Positions 51,266 through 64,000 of a stretch of 64,000 bases of DNA are shown one piece after another. The stretch comes from Eledone cirrhosa (taxonomy: Eukaryota), in assembly GCA_964016885.1 (NCBI GenBank), contig OZ024740.1:189658001-189722000 (forward strand), in the 5' to 3' direction. Position 1 is the stretch's first letter, and the number at the start of each line of letters is the position of its first letter. Below the pieces are notes generated by a model. The model was not told the origin of the DNA, did not search any database, and saw only the letters and a program-made list of their open reading frames with translations. Position numbers and translations under genes: made by a program.

Positions 51266-51615
51266 GTCATGCATTACGAAGCAAGTAGGATGATTGGAAT
51301 TTCAAATCATGTGATTTTATGCATGTATCACAACGCCCACATTGTAACTAAAAATGACATTATTTGAAAATACATCGGGGATGTAATATTCGAGGCAAAA
51401 ACAAGTTTGCATAATTGCCCGTGAGGACAGTCTCTCACATCTTCCGCATGTCTAAAGGTTACATGCCACTTATGCCAATTTTGAAGCTGGGATTGAAAAA
51501 ACGAAGCACTATGGATGAGACTTGTAATATTGTGATATGAACGTAACTTTAGCTTTTATGAAAAGTATCACAAACAACAAAGCAGTTGAGGTGGAATATA
51601 GGGCATAATCGGCTT

Positions 51616-51669
<54 letters not shown>

Positions 51670-51671
<2 letters not shown>

Positions 51672-54072
51672 GGAGGTGAGTTTTATTGTAGCACAATAAA
51701 GTAATGCAAATATCGGATAAGTAGCACTCCACAGTTTATAGGACTGGAGTATAAATAATATAAGATTAGTTAATCTTAATATTATTAAGAATAATATACT
51801 TGATCTATTTGAGCACCATAATCTAAAAATTGAATTTGAAAACAACGTCAAACTAGCTGACTTCCTGGATATAACCCTTAATCTTGACACCGGCCTATAT
51901 TACCCTTAGCATAAAGGCAATGAGAATCTAAATTATGTTAATTTTAAATCTAACCACCCCATTAACGTTAAAAATGCTATAGTCAGTAATGTTGAAAAAA
52001 AAATCTCAAATCTATCATCTAATAAAGCTATCTTCGACGCTAATGCCAATTATTATAATAATGTGCTTTCAAAGCCTTTCATCCTGATAAAATTAAATTC
52101 AGTAAAGAAACCAATCATCGAAGGACTTATAGTAAAATAGTTAGTTATGAACATTCCAACAACTTAAATAAAAGACCTAGATACAAAAATATGATTTGGT
52201 ACAACGCTCCTTTTTCTCTATCTATTTCTAGTAATATTCCTAAACTAATTTTTAGGGCCTTAGATAAATGCTTCCCTCCCTCGCATATATATATTAAGAT
52301 CTTTAACAAACACAATCAAATTCTCTAAATTCCATCACTTCCAACATCTCTAGCATTATCTGTAAACATAATAATAAAATATTAAATAATAAATTATATC
52401 CATCCAACACTGACCGTCATAATAATAGCAATAGTAAACCCGACGTCAATGTTAACTCTAAGCTAGATTCAGTAAATTTAAATACGACGTCAAACGTAAC
52501 TTTGTCGAATGTTCATAACACCAATCTAAATCAGGAACAATAGTACCTATCGTATATAATTTCTCCAATCCAATTCCTTCTATAAATAATACTAGGTCGC
52601 GTGTTAATAACTTTGGTAATTTCTCTAATCGTAATTGTAATTGCCCTGTTAGAACTAAATGTCCTCTTAATAACCAATGTCTTGATAACAATTTAATGTA
52701 TGAATGTCAGGTTATAACTGGTACTAATTATTTTACCTATTTTGGTTCCATTTCCACTTCCTTTAAAGCAAGATTTTATAATCACAATTAGTTTTTTAAA
52801 TACCAACTCAAAAGAACTAACACGGCACTCTCAGAACCCATATGGTCCTTGGATCTCTTGGAGGAAAGTTTGCAACGCCTCTCCTTACCAGAATTCCTCC
52901 CTATCCAGAACATGTAATCTCTGCCAAGCCGAGAAAGTTACGATTATCTCTAATTTTAATTCTATAATAAATAGACGTACGGATGTATTTTCGCTCTACT
53001 AGCATAAATCCCATAGAACTTTCCATAAAGTATAAGGCTAATATCTCAATACCTAATTAGTTTAAAATCTTTTTCTCAAACGCTTTTATATCTTTACAAA
53101 TATACCCATCTTTCTACCTTATTTCAGTATATTATATTATACAATTTACTCATTCTATGTCGTTAGCGGTCCCCTATTTTTCTTCTTTTTAAATTTCTTC
53201 CTTTTCTCTTTTTTAATTTCTAATCTTTAATCTGTAACTCTTACTTCTCAATTACTTCTTAATTCATATTATTACTCATATAGCATGTTTCTTATATTCT
53301 TGGCCATACAGGCTATATTCTTAATATATACTAATATTACCATTAGTAAATTTTGTAAACATATATATATTTTTTTGACGTTATATATTTTCTTCCTTAA
53401 ATTTTCTTCATTCTTCTCTCCTTCCGTGCTCGTATTAAACCTATTATTTACTTTTTCATGTTACAATGCAAAAAACAAACTTAAACCCTAACTAATTCCT
53501 CTAAGTTCATAATTCATTTAATTTCTTCTTCTTCATTCACCTTAAATCCTTAATATTTGAATTTTAATAATACATATTAATAAATTCCTTTTCGCACATA
53601 TTATTAAACCCTTCAATATATAAACGTTAAATAAATACTATTCTTAATTCCTTTTTCTTTAATCATAAACATCAACATTCATAAACCTCATTAACTTGTA
53701 ATTTCAACATTTTTAGATTTTTTATTATCTCACAACGGTTTTTAAAATTTTCTCTGTGAGACAGTGTTTCTCAGTATTAAAGACTATCTCTCTCTCTCAC
53801 TCATTTCTGATCCTCTCTCACCCTTCCTTCTTATTTTCCTCTCCCGTCATCCTTTTTTTCTTTCTTAACTTTTCCTTACTCCTTCTCCTTTTTTCTCAAT
53901 CTCATATATGCATCTTACTTTATTTTTCATATGTTGATTTAACACGTCACTGCTCGCAAGAGTTATTAAAGCTTCATATCATGTCTCCCTATTTTATCTG
54001 ATGAGAACGCAAATGTCATCCCATGATGATATTTCTTTTTGAAATGCGCATAATAAAATACATGGAACTCTT
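51670..54072 (+). mobile_element. Decayed AT-rich Penelope-like element (RT C-part, EN, ~1-kb 3' UTR, HHR) between (TA)n tracts
   Basis: ADFLDITLNLDTGLYYP, YVNFKSNHP, MIWYNAPFS, NCNCPVRTKCPLNNQC...TYFGS..SFKARFYNH, CNLCQAEK. Confidence 0.85.
53990..54060 (+). ncRNA. Type I hammerhead ribozyme at a PLE 3' end
   Basis: TATTTTAT-CTGATGA-GAACGC-AAATGTCATC(ccat)GATGATATTT-CTTTTT-GAAA-TGCGCA-TA-ATAAAATA; perfect 8-bp stem I, palindromic stem III. Confidence 0.85.
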
Positions 54073-54143
54073 TTAACCATCTTTTGATCTTATATTATAT
54101 ATATATATATACATACATACCGGCATATATATATGTATATGTA

Positions 54144-54243
<100 letters not shown>

Positions 54244-54376
54244 CAGGCATATATATATGTATATGTATATATATATATAAATATATATATACATGGAAAG
54301 TTATATTTAAATTGTTGGGTTAACAACGAGTAAATATTTATAACTGATATAAAAGCACTCAACAAGTATTTGGAGT

Positions 54377-54564
54377 ATATTTATGATATTAAATAAATGG
54401 AAACTATATTTATAAAACCATATTTATTTCGTTATATATATTTCAGGGATATCATATTAACAATATGTTAAGAAGGCATAACATATTGTTAATATGATAT
54501 CCCTGAAATATATATAACGAAATAAATATGGTTTTATAAATATAGTTTCCATTTATTTAATATC

Positions 54565-54572
<8 letters not shown>
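54377..54572. repeat. Near-perfect fold-back (~95-bp arms) containing the 3' half of an HHR
   Basis: Arms meet around the AGAAGGCA loop (~54471-54478); right arm has ATCCCT-GAAA-TATATA-TA-ACGAAATAA. Confidence 0.85.
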
Positions 54573-54637
<65 letters not shown>

Positions 54638-54683
54638 TATGTTTTTGAAACAGTGAGCAGGTTTGAAATTAGAAATAGAATAA

Positions 54684-54861
54684 CTTTCACCGTACTTTTT
54701 TACTAAAGAAATTTTAGTCTGCTAATGGGGTTTAGAACCCTCAGATAAATGGAAAAAATGAGTATTGATGTAATCAATACTCATCTTTTTCCATTCATCT
54801 GAGGGTTCTAAACCCCATTATCAGACTAACATTTCTTTAGTAAAAAAAATACGGTGAAAGC
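54684..54861. repeat. Fold-back inverted repeat; related fragment at 57630-57730
   Basis: CTTTCACCGTA...GAGTATTGAT / ATCAATACTC...TACGGTGAAAG. Confidence 0.85.
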
Positions 54862-55013
54862 TATATATATATATATATATATATACAAAAGTCTATTTAA
54901 GTTGTTGGGATACAACAACCAAATATTTTTATAACTGATATGAAGCATTCGACAAGTATTTGGAGTAAATAGACGATATTAACAAATGGAAACTATATTT
55001 ATAAAACAATATC

Positions 55014-55078
55014 TATTTTATTATACATATTTCAAGTATACCATGTTAAATTATGGTATGCTTTCATCAGATAAAATA
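55014..55078 (-). ncRNA. Type I hammerhead ribozyme
   Basis: TATTTTAT-CTGATGA-AAGCATACCAT(aatttaac)ATGGTATACTT-GAAA-TATGTA-TA-ATAAAATA. Confidence 0.8.
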
Positions 55079-57445
55079 CAATATATACCAGTTTTATAAA
55101 TAAATATTGACATACCCTTTCAAAATGCAACCGTTACTTTTGGAAGACATCAGGGATAGTGGATTTGTTTATCTTAGTAAGACGTTGTGTTAAAGAGAAG
55201 GAAAAAGACGGTGAGAGAGAACATAACCGAGAGAGAGAAAAGTGGAGAAAGAAAAGGGAGAGATTAAGAAAGAAAAAGAAAAAAGAAAAAAATAAGAGAG
55301 AGATATCAAAACACCAGACCGAGAGAAAAAATCAAGAGAGAGAAATATAGAGATAAAGAGAGGGGGAGAGAACGAAAACCTTAAGTCATGTCATATTAAG
55401 TTAAGTTAACAATTGAGATGAAATGAATAAATAAAATTAGAAATATTAATATTCATGAATGGAATATACATATATAATATAAGAAATTAATCATTGTTTA
55501 ACTATGATTATATATTTAGTTTAAAAATTGAGATCAATATATTAAAAATTGGAATTTAAACATTAAGAAATATATATATTGTTAGAGAAATTACCTATCA
55601 TATAACGCGTACATACACGCAAAAATACACATAAATATATATATATACACACTAAGGAAATACACATTATATATACATACAAAGCATAAATGATTTTTTT
55701 TATTAATTTTATACATCCCTTGTGTTATTAAATAAACATTTTTAATATATATATATAAATATATAAGATTTGATTTCATGCTGTTAAATTATGTATATCT
55801 GCAATCAAATTGTATGGGTACACATGTACATATACACACACAATTCTTACATATACATATATAAACATTTGTGTGCATCCTCACCCAATTGGTATAAAAT
55901 TCCCTAAATTTAAGGAACAATTTATTCAGTTGCTGCAGACATAGATTGAACTCAACGTTTAAATATAAATATAAATTTAAAATGTAGTATAATTAAGTAA
56001 TTTGGTTAATATATGAAACCTGTCGATAAATCATTAGATTCCTTCACCTTTTTCATTTTCTTTGGTTAAGTACTCAAGTATAAATACTTGTTCTTCCTAA
56101 ATATAAATATAAACATAATAAACTATTCTAGAGAAATATATTGAGAGCTCTTGAAAGGAGAAAATATTTCCTATTTCTTATATTTTTTATATTTTTCATA
56201 TTTTATATTTTTTATATTTTTTTATATTTTTTTATATTTTATTTATTTTTTATTAGGTTTGTTTTTATTCTGATAGCTTCTGATAATTTTCGAAAGTTTA
56301 TCCTTTCCATATCTTGAGTAAAATATACGTAAGATAAATTTCTATACTAAATCTATTAAGCATAATATTTTAACTTAAAATATTCTATAAGATTTTAAAA
56401 TATTTTAATATTTTAATATTTTAGAATTCTTTTGTTTTTAAGTTATATTGATATAATTATATTTCCAAAATATAATCCTTTTGTATTTTATGTACTCAAT
56501 TATACTATGTAATATATTAATGTATACTTAGCTCTATACGAGTATGTATGTATATGTGTGTATTAGCATACATATACATGTGTTATATGCATTTTTATGA
56601 ATATATGTCTGTCTGTATATATGCATTAGTGATGCGTGTCTACCAATTGGGTGAGGATGCACACAAATGTTTATATATGTATATGTAAGAATTGTGTGTG
56701 TATATGTACATGTGTACCTATACAATTTGATTGCAAATAGACATAATTTAACAGCCATAAATGCATGAAAGCTAATCTTATATATTTATATATATATATT
56801 AAAAATGTTTAATAACACAAGGGATGTATAACATTAATAAAAGAAATCATTTATGCTTTGTATGTATATATAATGTGTATTTTTTAAGTGTGTATATATA
56901 TATATTTATGTGTATTTTTGCGTGTGTGTACGTGTTATATGATAGGTAATTTCTCTAGCAATATATATATTTCTTAATGTTTAAATTCCAATTTTTAATA
57001 TATTGATCTCAATTTTTAAACTAAATATATAATCATAGTTAAACAATAATTAATTTATCATATTATATATGGATATTCCATTCATGAATATTAAAATTTC
57101 TAATTTTCTTTATTCATTTCATCTCAATTGTTAACTCAACTTAATATGACATGACTTAAGGTTTTCGTTCTCTACACCTCTCTCTATCTCTATATTTCTC
57201 TCTCTTGATTTTTTCTCTCTCTCTGTTTTTTTGATATCTCTCTCTTATGTTTATCTTCTTTCTTTTTCTTTCTTTATCTTTCCCTTTACTTTCTCCCCTT
57301 TTCTCTCTCTCTCTCTGTCTTTTTCCTTCTCCTTAACACAACGACTCATTAAGATAAACAAATCCACTATCCCTGATGTCTTCCAAAAGTAACGGTTGCA
57401 TTTTGAAAGGGTATGTCAATATTTATTTATAAAACTGGTATATAC

Positions 57446-57513
57446 TGTTATTTGTCTGATGAAAGCATGCCATAATTTAACATGGTATACTTGAAATATG
57501 TATAATAAAACAG
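57446..57513 (+). ncRNA. Type I hammerhead ribozyme
   Basis: CTGTTATTTGT-CTGATGA-AAGCATGCCAT(aatttaac)ATGGTATACTT-GAAA-TATGTA-TA-ATAAAACAG. Confidence 0.78.
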
Positions 57514-57551
57514 ATATGGTTTTATAACTATAGTTTCCATTTGTTAATATC

Positions 57552-57628
<77 letters not shown>

Positions 57629-57737
57629 GTCAACAAATACGGTGAAAGCTATATATATATATATATATAGCTTTCATTGTATTTTTTGACTAAAGACATT
57701 TTAGTCTGATAATGGGGTTTAGAACCCTCATATATAT

Positions 57738-57800
<63 letters not shown>

Positions 57801-57802
57801 TA

Positions 57803-60265
57803 TGAATATAGACATAGAATATTCGAAAATATTCTGTATGTTTATAATAAACATTTTGAAGACCTAATCGCTATAGAATAGAATACGTCACGTATTACAA
57901 TTAGATTCTCGATAAAAGCAAGGGAAGTAATCTACGCGTTTCATTCTCGTTAGAAATCATCAGGACTACATATCCAGTGCTTTTATCGAGAATGACACAG
58001 CTAGAGACTTATAGAATACTTAGCTGTGTACAGGAACTGGTTTGAAAGAGCGGTTGCCGGTCCGGCAGAAATTAGAAATTGGAATAAATGCTCTGAAATA
58101 GCGATATATATGTGAATATAGACATAGAATATTCGAAAATATTCTGTATGTTTATAATAAACATTTTGAAGACCTAATCGCTATAGAATAGAATACGTCA
58201 CGTATTACAATTAGATTCTCGATAAAAGCAAGGGAAGTAATCTACGCGTTTCATTCTCGTTAGAAATCATCAGGACTACATATCCAGTGCTTTTATCGAG
58301 AATGACACAGCTAGAGACTTATAGAATACTTAGCTGTGTACAGGAACTGGTTTGAAAGAGCGGTTGCCGGTCCGGCAGAAATTAGAAATTGGAATAAATG
58401 CTCTGAAATAGCGATATATATGTGAATATAGACATAGAATATTCGAAAATATTCTGTATGTTTATAATAAACATTTTGAAGACCTAATCGCTATAGAATA
58501 GAATACGTCACGTATTACAATTAGATTCTCGATAAAAGCAAGGGAAGTAATCTACGCGTTTCATTCTCGTTAGAAATCATCAGGACTACATATCCAGTGC
58601 TTTTATCGAGAATGACACAGCTAGAGACTTATAGAATACTTAGCTGTGTACAGGAACTGGTTTGAAAGAGCGGTTGCCGGTCCGGCAGAAATTAGAAATT
58701 GGAATAAATGCTCTGAAATAGCGATATATATGTGAATATAGACATAGAATATTCGAAAATATTCTGTATGTTTATAATAAACATTTTGAAGACCTAATCG
58801 CTATAGAATAGAATACGTCACGTATTACAATTAGATTCTCGATAAAAGCAAGGGAAGTAATCTACGCGTTTCATTCTCGTTAGAAATCATCAGGACTACA
58901 TATCCAGTGCTTTTATCGAGAATGACACAGCTAGAGACTTATAGAATACTTAGCTGTGTACAGGAACTGGTTTGAAAGAGCGGTTGCCGGTCCGGCAGAA
59001 ATTAGAAATTGGAATAAATGCTCTGAAATAGCGATATATATGTGAATATAGACATAGAATATTCGAAAATATTCTGTATGTTTATAATAAACATTTTGAA
59101 GACCTAATCGCTATAGAATAGAATACGTCACGTATTACAATTAGATTCTCGATAAAAGCAAGGGAAGTAATCTACGCGTTTCATTCTCGTTAGAAATCAT
59201 CAGGACTACATATCCAGTGCTTTTATCGAGAATGACACAGCTAGAGACTTATAGAATACTTAGCTGTGTACAGGAACTGGTTTGAAAGAGCGGTTGCCGG
59301 TCCGGCAGAAATTAGAAATTGGAATAAATGCTCTGAAATAGCGATATATATGTGAATATAGACATAGAATATTCGAAAATATTCTGTATGTTTATAATAA
59401 ACATTTTGAAGACCTAATCGCTATAGAATAGAATACGTCACGTATTACAATTAGATTCTCGATAAAAGCAAGGGAAGTAATCTACGCGTTTCATTCTCGT
59501 TAGAAATCATCAGGACTACATATCCAGTGCTTTTATCGAGAATGACACAGCTAGAGACTTATAGAATACTTAGCTGTGTACAGGAACTGGTTTGAAAGAG
59601 CGGTTGCCGGTCCGGCAGAAATTAGAAATTGGAATAAATGCTCTGAAATAGCGATATATATGTGAATATAGACATAGAATATTCGAAAATATTCTGTATG
59701 TTTATAATAAACATTTTGAAGACCTAATCGCTATAGAATAGAATACGTCACGTATTACAATTAGATTCTCGATAAAAGCAAGGGAAGTAATCTACGCGTT
59801 TCATTCTCGTTAGAAATCATCAGGACTACATATCCAGTGCTTTTATCGAGAATGACACAGCTAGAGACTTATAGAATACTTAGCTGTGTACAGGAACTGG
59901 TTTGAAAGAGCGGTTGCCGGTCCGGCAGAAATTAGAAATTGGAATAAATGCTCTGAAATAGCGATATATATGTGAATATAGACATAGAATATTCGAAAAT
60001 ATTCTGTATGTTTATAATAAACATTTTGAAGACCTAATCGCTATAGAATAGAATACGTCACGTATTACAATTAGATTCTCGATAAAAGCAAGGGAAGTAA
60101 TCTACGCGTTTCATTCTCGTTAGAAATCATCAGGACTACATATCCAGTGCTTTTATCGAGAATGACACAGCTAGAGACTTATAGAATACTTAGCTGTGTA
60201 CAGGAACTGGTTTGAAAGAGCGGTTGCCGGTCCGGCAGAAATTAGAAATTGGAATAAATGCTCTG
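57803..60265 (-). mobile_element. Tandem array of ~8 apparently identical 310-bp units, each with a hammerhead ribozyme (candidate non-LTR retrozyme)
   Basis: TGAATATAGACATAG recurs at 57803, 58113 and every 310 bp thereafter; flanked by (TA)n; non-coding. Confidence 0.9.
57927..57969 (-). ncRNA. Minimal type I hammerhead ribozyme (first of 8; others start at 58237, 58547, 58857, 59167, 59477, 59787, 60097)
   Basis: Minus strand GTAGTC-CTGATGA-T-TTCT(aacg)AGAA-T-GAAA-CGCG-TA-GATTAC, enclosed by a perfect 16-bp helix (57905-57920 / 57978-57993). Confidence 0.88.
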
Positions 60266-60347
60266 GTATATATATATATATGTAAAAGTTCTATTTATAT
60301 TGTTGGGATAAAACAAGCAAATATTTTTATAACTGATATAAAGCACT

Positions 60348-60408
<61 letters not shown>

Positions 60409-60480
60409 GTGTATATATATATTTCGTTTCTGAATTTGTTTAGCAAGATTCTTTATCTGAAAACGTGTATTGAAACCAAT

Positions 60481-60624
60481 ATTGTTATACTTTGGGAGGG
60501 TCATGTTGCCAATAAGAAACACACGCACAAATAGCTTTCAGTTCAATTGATTATAGTAAATTGAAGTGAAAGTCTCTGGTGCGTGTGTTTCTTTTTGGCA
60601 ACATGACCCTCCCGAAGTATAACA

Positions 60625-60626
<2 letters not shown>
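60481..60626. repeat. Fold-back hairpin sharing termini with the 12357-13439 element
   Basis: ATTGTTATACTTTGGGAGGGTCATGTTGCCAA..AGAAACACACGCAC / GTGCGTGTGTTTCT..TTGGCAACATGACCCTCCCGAAGTATAACAAT. Confidence 0.85.
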
Positions 60627-60656
<30 letters not shown>

Positions 60657-60780
60657 GAGGGCGTCTGGCTCAGTGGTTTGAGAATTGGATTCACAATCTT
60701 GAGGTTGTGAGTTCGATTCCTAGACGGGGAGATGCGTTATGTTCTTGAGCAAGACACTTTATTTCACGTTGCTCCTTCTA
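60657..60780 (+). mobile_element. tRNA-headed SINE (second family, CORE-like body)
   Basis: A box TGGCTCAGTGG, B box GAGTTCGATTCC, then TGTTCTTGAGCAAGACACTTTATTTCAC. Confidence 0.75.
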
Positions 60781-60959
60781 CCTGGAGTTGCGACCGATAG
60801 ATAGTACTGGCAACTGTAAAGACTGACGAAAACATTGAATAGTCTGTCCGATTTGACGAAAGTCGATCGATATCGCACATACACGTACACACACTTACTC
60901 AAATACGCACACACTGACATACACCACATACGCACACATATATTTACATACATAGATAC

Positions 60960-61005
<46 letters not shown>

Positions 61006-61488
61006 ATGTGTGTGTATGTGTGTGTGTGTATGTGTTTAAAGTGTGTTAGAGAATAATAGTGATAAAATAACACCAGGTATGTTAAACAGAAATCAATAGT
61101 CGGTATGTGATTCATTAGCATACACTCGCCTGCCTATCATATAAGGAGGGTGTCATGCAGGAGATTGTTAAGTGTGTGACAGTAATGATGGCTCAGCTCG
61201 AGATTTATTTCCATTAAGAGATCTATGTCCTCCTCATATATGAAATATATTTAAACGTTTGTGAAATCGGTCACGAAAATTGGCTCGTTATGAAAGAACT
61301 ATCAGACAATGTCACAATAGTTCAGAAGCCTAAAAACGAATTTTCGATCTTCACTTATAACAAGAATGAATGCTGAGAAACTTGGGCAGAATGTTAGGTT
61401 ATAATGAAAGCGACCTAAGTGATCATAAATATATAAATATACAAAAAATATATAAATATACAAACACGCGCACTCCGCCATACATATG

Positions 61489-61532
<44 letters not shown>

Positions 61533-61564
61533 AGCGAGAGACGTACATACATATGCATGTGGGA

Positions 61565-61600
<36 letters not shown>

Positions 61601-62039
61601 GTGTGTGTATGTGATTGTGTGAAGGTGTGTGTGTGTGTGTCTAATGGCGAGAATAACGATAAAGGGAGCTTATTTTATATTGCTTTACTTGGTAGTCATT
61701 CAAACGTAAACTAACTTTCTTAATTGTTTCTATATATAGAAAATATATATTGTAGCATCATGTAACATGTTCAAGGAAACTCTTCGTTTGCTATTTAGAC
61801 AGAAAAAGTCTTATACGCACATAAACACAATCTGAGTCATATGAATATACATATGAATATACAAATAGCATTAAATATATATGTATATCTATATATTTAT
61901 TTATTTATTGACACATACACAGATCTCCAAAAGTTACAAGTCGGTAAACGTGGAAGGGCCGAACTCCGACCGTCATCGCCTCCATCCCTCTCGTCCTCCT
62001 CATCTCTCTGTATGGTGAGCAAATGGCATCCCACGTGCT

Positions 62040-62245
62040 GGACTCCCTACAGCCCCAGCGAATACAATGGATAAGGCGTTTCCCCAGAGGATGGCACGGG
62101 AGATGTGCGGGAAGAGAAATTCCGTCTCACGAGGCTTACACCTGGTGATGAGTAGAGAGGTAGCCCTAGGACCAACAATACCAGAAGTCTCCACTCCCAA
62201 GGGAACGACCGCAAACCTGTCGGAGAGCGACCGGTACTTGGAGAC
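62040..62245 (-). mobile_element. CRE-like non-LTR retrotransposon restriction-like endonuclease C-terminal fragment
   Basis: Minus strand KYRSLSDRFAVVPLGVETSGIVGP...RETEFLFPHISRAILWGNALSI resembles the KY....F.P..VET.G..G / RE..FL.QR.S.A..RGNA motifs. Confidence 0.65.
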
Positions 62246-63183
62246 AAACTGGTTCGAAGATCATACTTTTGGTATTATAGGATCCTTATATCATTTGGTT
62301 TGTTTGCAAGTGTTTGTCTATTTATATCTGCTAGATGTAACGTTAGGATGACATGTTCTGAGCAGTGACATGTGTATAATATTGTGTGTGCGGGTTTGCG
62401 AATTCCCGTCAAGTATTATGAACTTTTTTTTATGTAAATTAATGTCGAATTGTAACCGTTTGAAAATGTTAGGTATTCTGGATTATGTTATGTGTTTGGG
62501 CTGCGTGATGTGCGGGTTTATGTCAATTTTGTTGTGTATAGTTGTATTTCTCTGTTTGAGTTGGCTCTTATACGTGTGTGCTGTACTATCTCAAAAAGTA
62601 CGTGTGCGACTTTTCATCATGCATTGGGGGCTAAGTTTAAAAATGTGGTTGACTTGAGGTTACACTTAGCCGTTAATATTTCTTCTTTGATTCTATGTTC
62701 AAACCTCCGGCTTCAATAGTAACATTCAGGTCTTCGAATTGTTTTTGCTTTTGTCTAAGTGTTTCTAATTGTAGTTATACTCTGAAGAGAACAGGGATTT
62801 CGTCACACTCGTGTATTACAAATACTAGAATCCATCAAGTAACACTCTCAATATCACACGAAGCACTATCACTAGATGGATACAGCCACAGGAATCATGC
62901 AATAATGCAAACCTGTAAATAGTCGGGTGGGTTACAATAGTGGGCTGTTAGAACTCAAGATGGAGAAAAATGAAACATGTTAACAAGACAGATGAGCACA
63001 GCAGGAGGTCAACAACTGGTCATACACACAGACACAAGCAGGGATACTCACAGACACATACACTAGTACAAGCACAGATACACACATATGCCCCCCCCCC
63101 ATATATATACACACACACGCGCACACGCGCGGACACACACACACACACACACATATGTATATTATTATATATATATATATAGG

Positions 63184-63337
63184 TTGTAATAAAATGAAAA
63201 CGAAATTTCATTTCTCACTCTTAGTACGGCACTTACTTAATAAATTCAGGCTGTTCAGTTTGTTTGCAAACGAACAAAGCGGGCGTTATAATAAGCGTCC
63301 GCTAAACTGATACGTACATATACGTATGTGTACCTGA

Positions 63338-63388
<51 letters not shown>

Positions 63389-63821
63389 TGCTACTGTACG
63401 TCTGTATACATATATGTATGTACGTATACATACATACTTACATTTAAGTAAGTGCCGTCCTAAGAGTGAGAAATGAAATTTCGTTTTCATTTTATTATAA
63501 CTTATCGTTCTCGGTACGCCTGGCCGAACTCACTCGATATGCAAATTAGGCTGCTCAGCCGTTAATTTTCATAAGGAAAGTATATACTTTCGAACGTTCA
63601 ACCATCTGGCAGAAGGCTATACGGTGCTGATGATAGATAACAAGCTTGAAACTAGTACATCGTTCCTGTGTCAGTGTTGAATAAAAAGGTGACGTGGTTG
63701 CCTTAACAACGTACGGCATAAATTCAGGCTGTTCAGTTTGTTTACAGATGGAAAAAATTGGGCGTTATAATAAGCGTCCGCTAAACTGATACGTACATAT
63801 ATGTCTGCGTACCTGTATGTA

Positions 63822-63916
<95 letters not shown>

Positions 63917-64000
63917 ATGCTACTGTACGTCTGTATACATATATGTATGTACGTATACATACATACTTACATTTAAGTAAGTGCCGTACTAAGAGTGAGA
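63184..64000 (+). mobile_element. Diverged relative of the 33953-35008 HHR repeat: short inverted piece plus tandem ~480-bp units running off the window
   Basis: AAATTCAGGCTGTTCAGTTTGTTT at 63242 and 63721; 63184-63240 is the inverse of ~63445-63501. Confidence 0.85.
63621..63663 (+). ncRNA. Minimal type I hammerhead ribozyme
   Basis: ACGGTG-CTGATGA-T-AGAT(aaca)AGCT-T-GAAA-CTAG-TA-CATCGT. Confidence 0.75.

Larger units (their letters stand above)
54969..57557. mobile_element. Large inverted repeat (~920-bp arms, 54969-55894 / 56641-57557), probably a PLE 3' UTR with its inverted pLTR copy
   Basis: Arms align in reverse complement (CATCCTCACCCAATTGGTA / TACCAATTGGGTGAGGATG); each carries an HHR near the outer end; (TA)n flanks. 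Confidence 0.85.

Noticed and set aside
54715-54750. CTG(A/C)TAA-TGGGGTTTAGAACCCTC as an HHR 5' half
   Set aside because: The core deviates and no GAAA or stem III follows; kept only as a fold-back repeat.
57803-60265. CRISPR array or ordinary satellite
   Set aside because: There are no unique spacers and the context is eukaryotic; each unit contains a full hammerhead fold, so plain satellite is an incomplete description.
60657-60730. tRNA gene
   Set aside because: A and B boxes are present but there is no convincing acceptor stem, and it continues into a SINE body.

Overview
AT-rich, microsatellite-laden eukaryotic DNA. The SINE types and repeat content suggest an invertebrate, probably a cephalopod such as octopus (inference). 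I found no host protein-coding gene; the window is almost entirely transposon-derived. It holds two Tx1/L1-clade LINEs plus a 3' fragment, a decayed Helitron, R4/Dong-, RTE-, CRE- and Tigger-like remnants, many tRNA-derived SINE copies, and at least six Penelope-like element (PLE) copies or fragments resembling the C-terminal GIY-YIG 'Hydra' clade, mostly sitting in (TA)n tracts. The main unannotated signal is a dense set of type I hammerhead ribozymes (HHRs) that I folded by eye, more than 20 motifs in about 7 sequence families. These include: (i) an ~8 x 310-bp tandem array with one minimal HHR per unit, a candidate retrozyme; (ii) a second non-coding 430-480-bp HHR repeat family in tandem plus inverted arrangement; (iii) a PLE pseudo-LTR HHR with a variant U3-A8 core and a large loop II, in four copies; (iv) further HHRs at PLE 3' ends and in small TA-flanked islands. 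Many TA-embedded fold-back islands look like PLE-type insertion products. All RNA structures were assigned manually and activity is untested.
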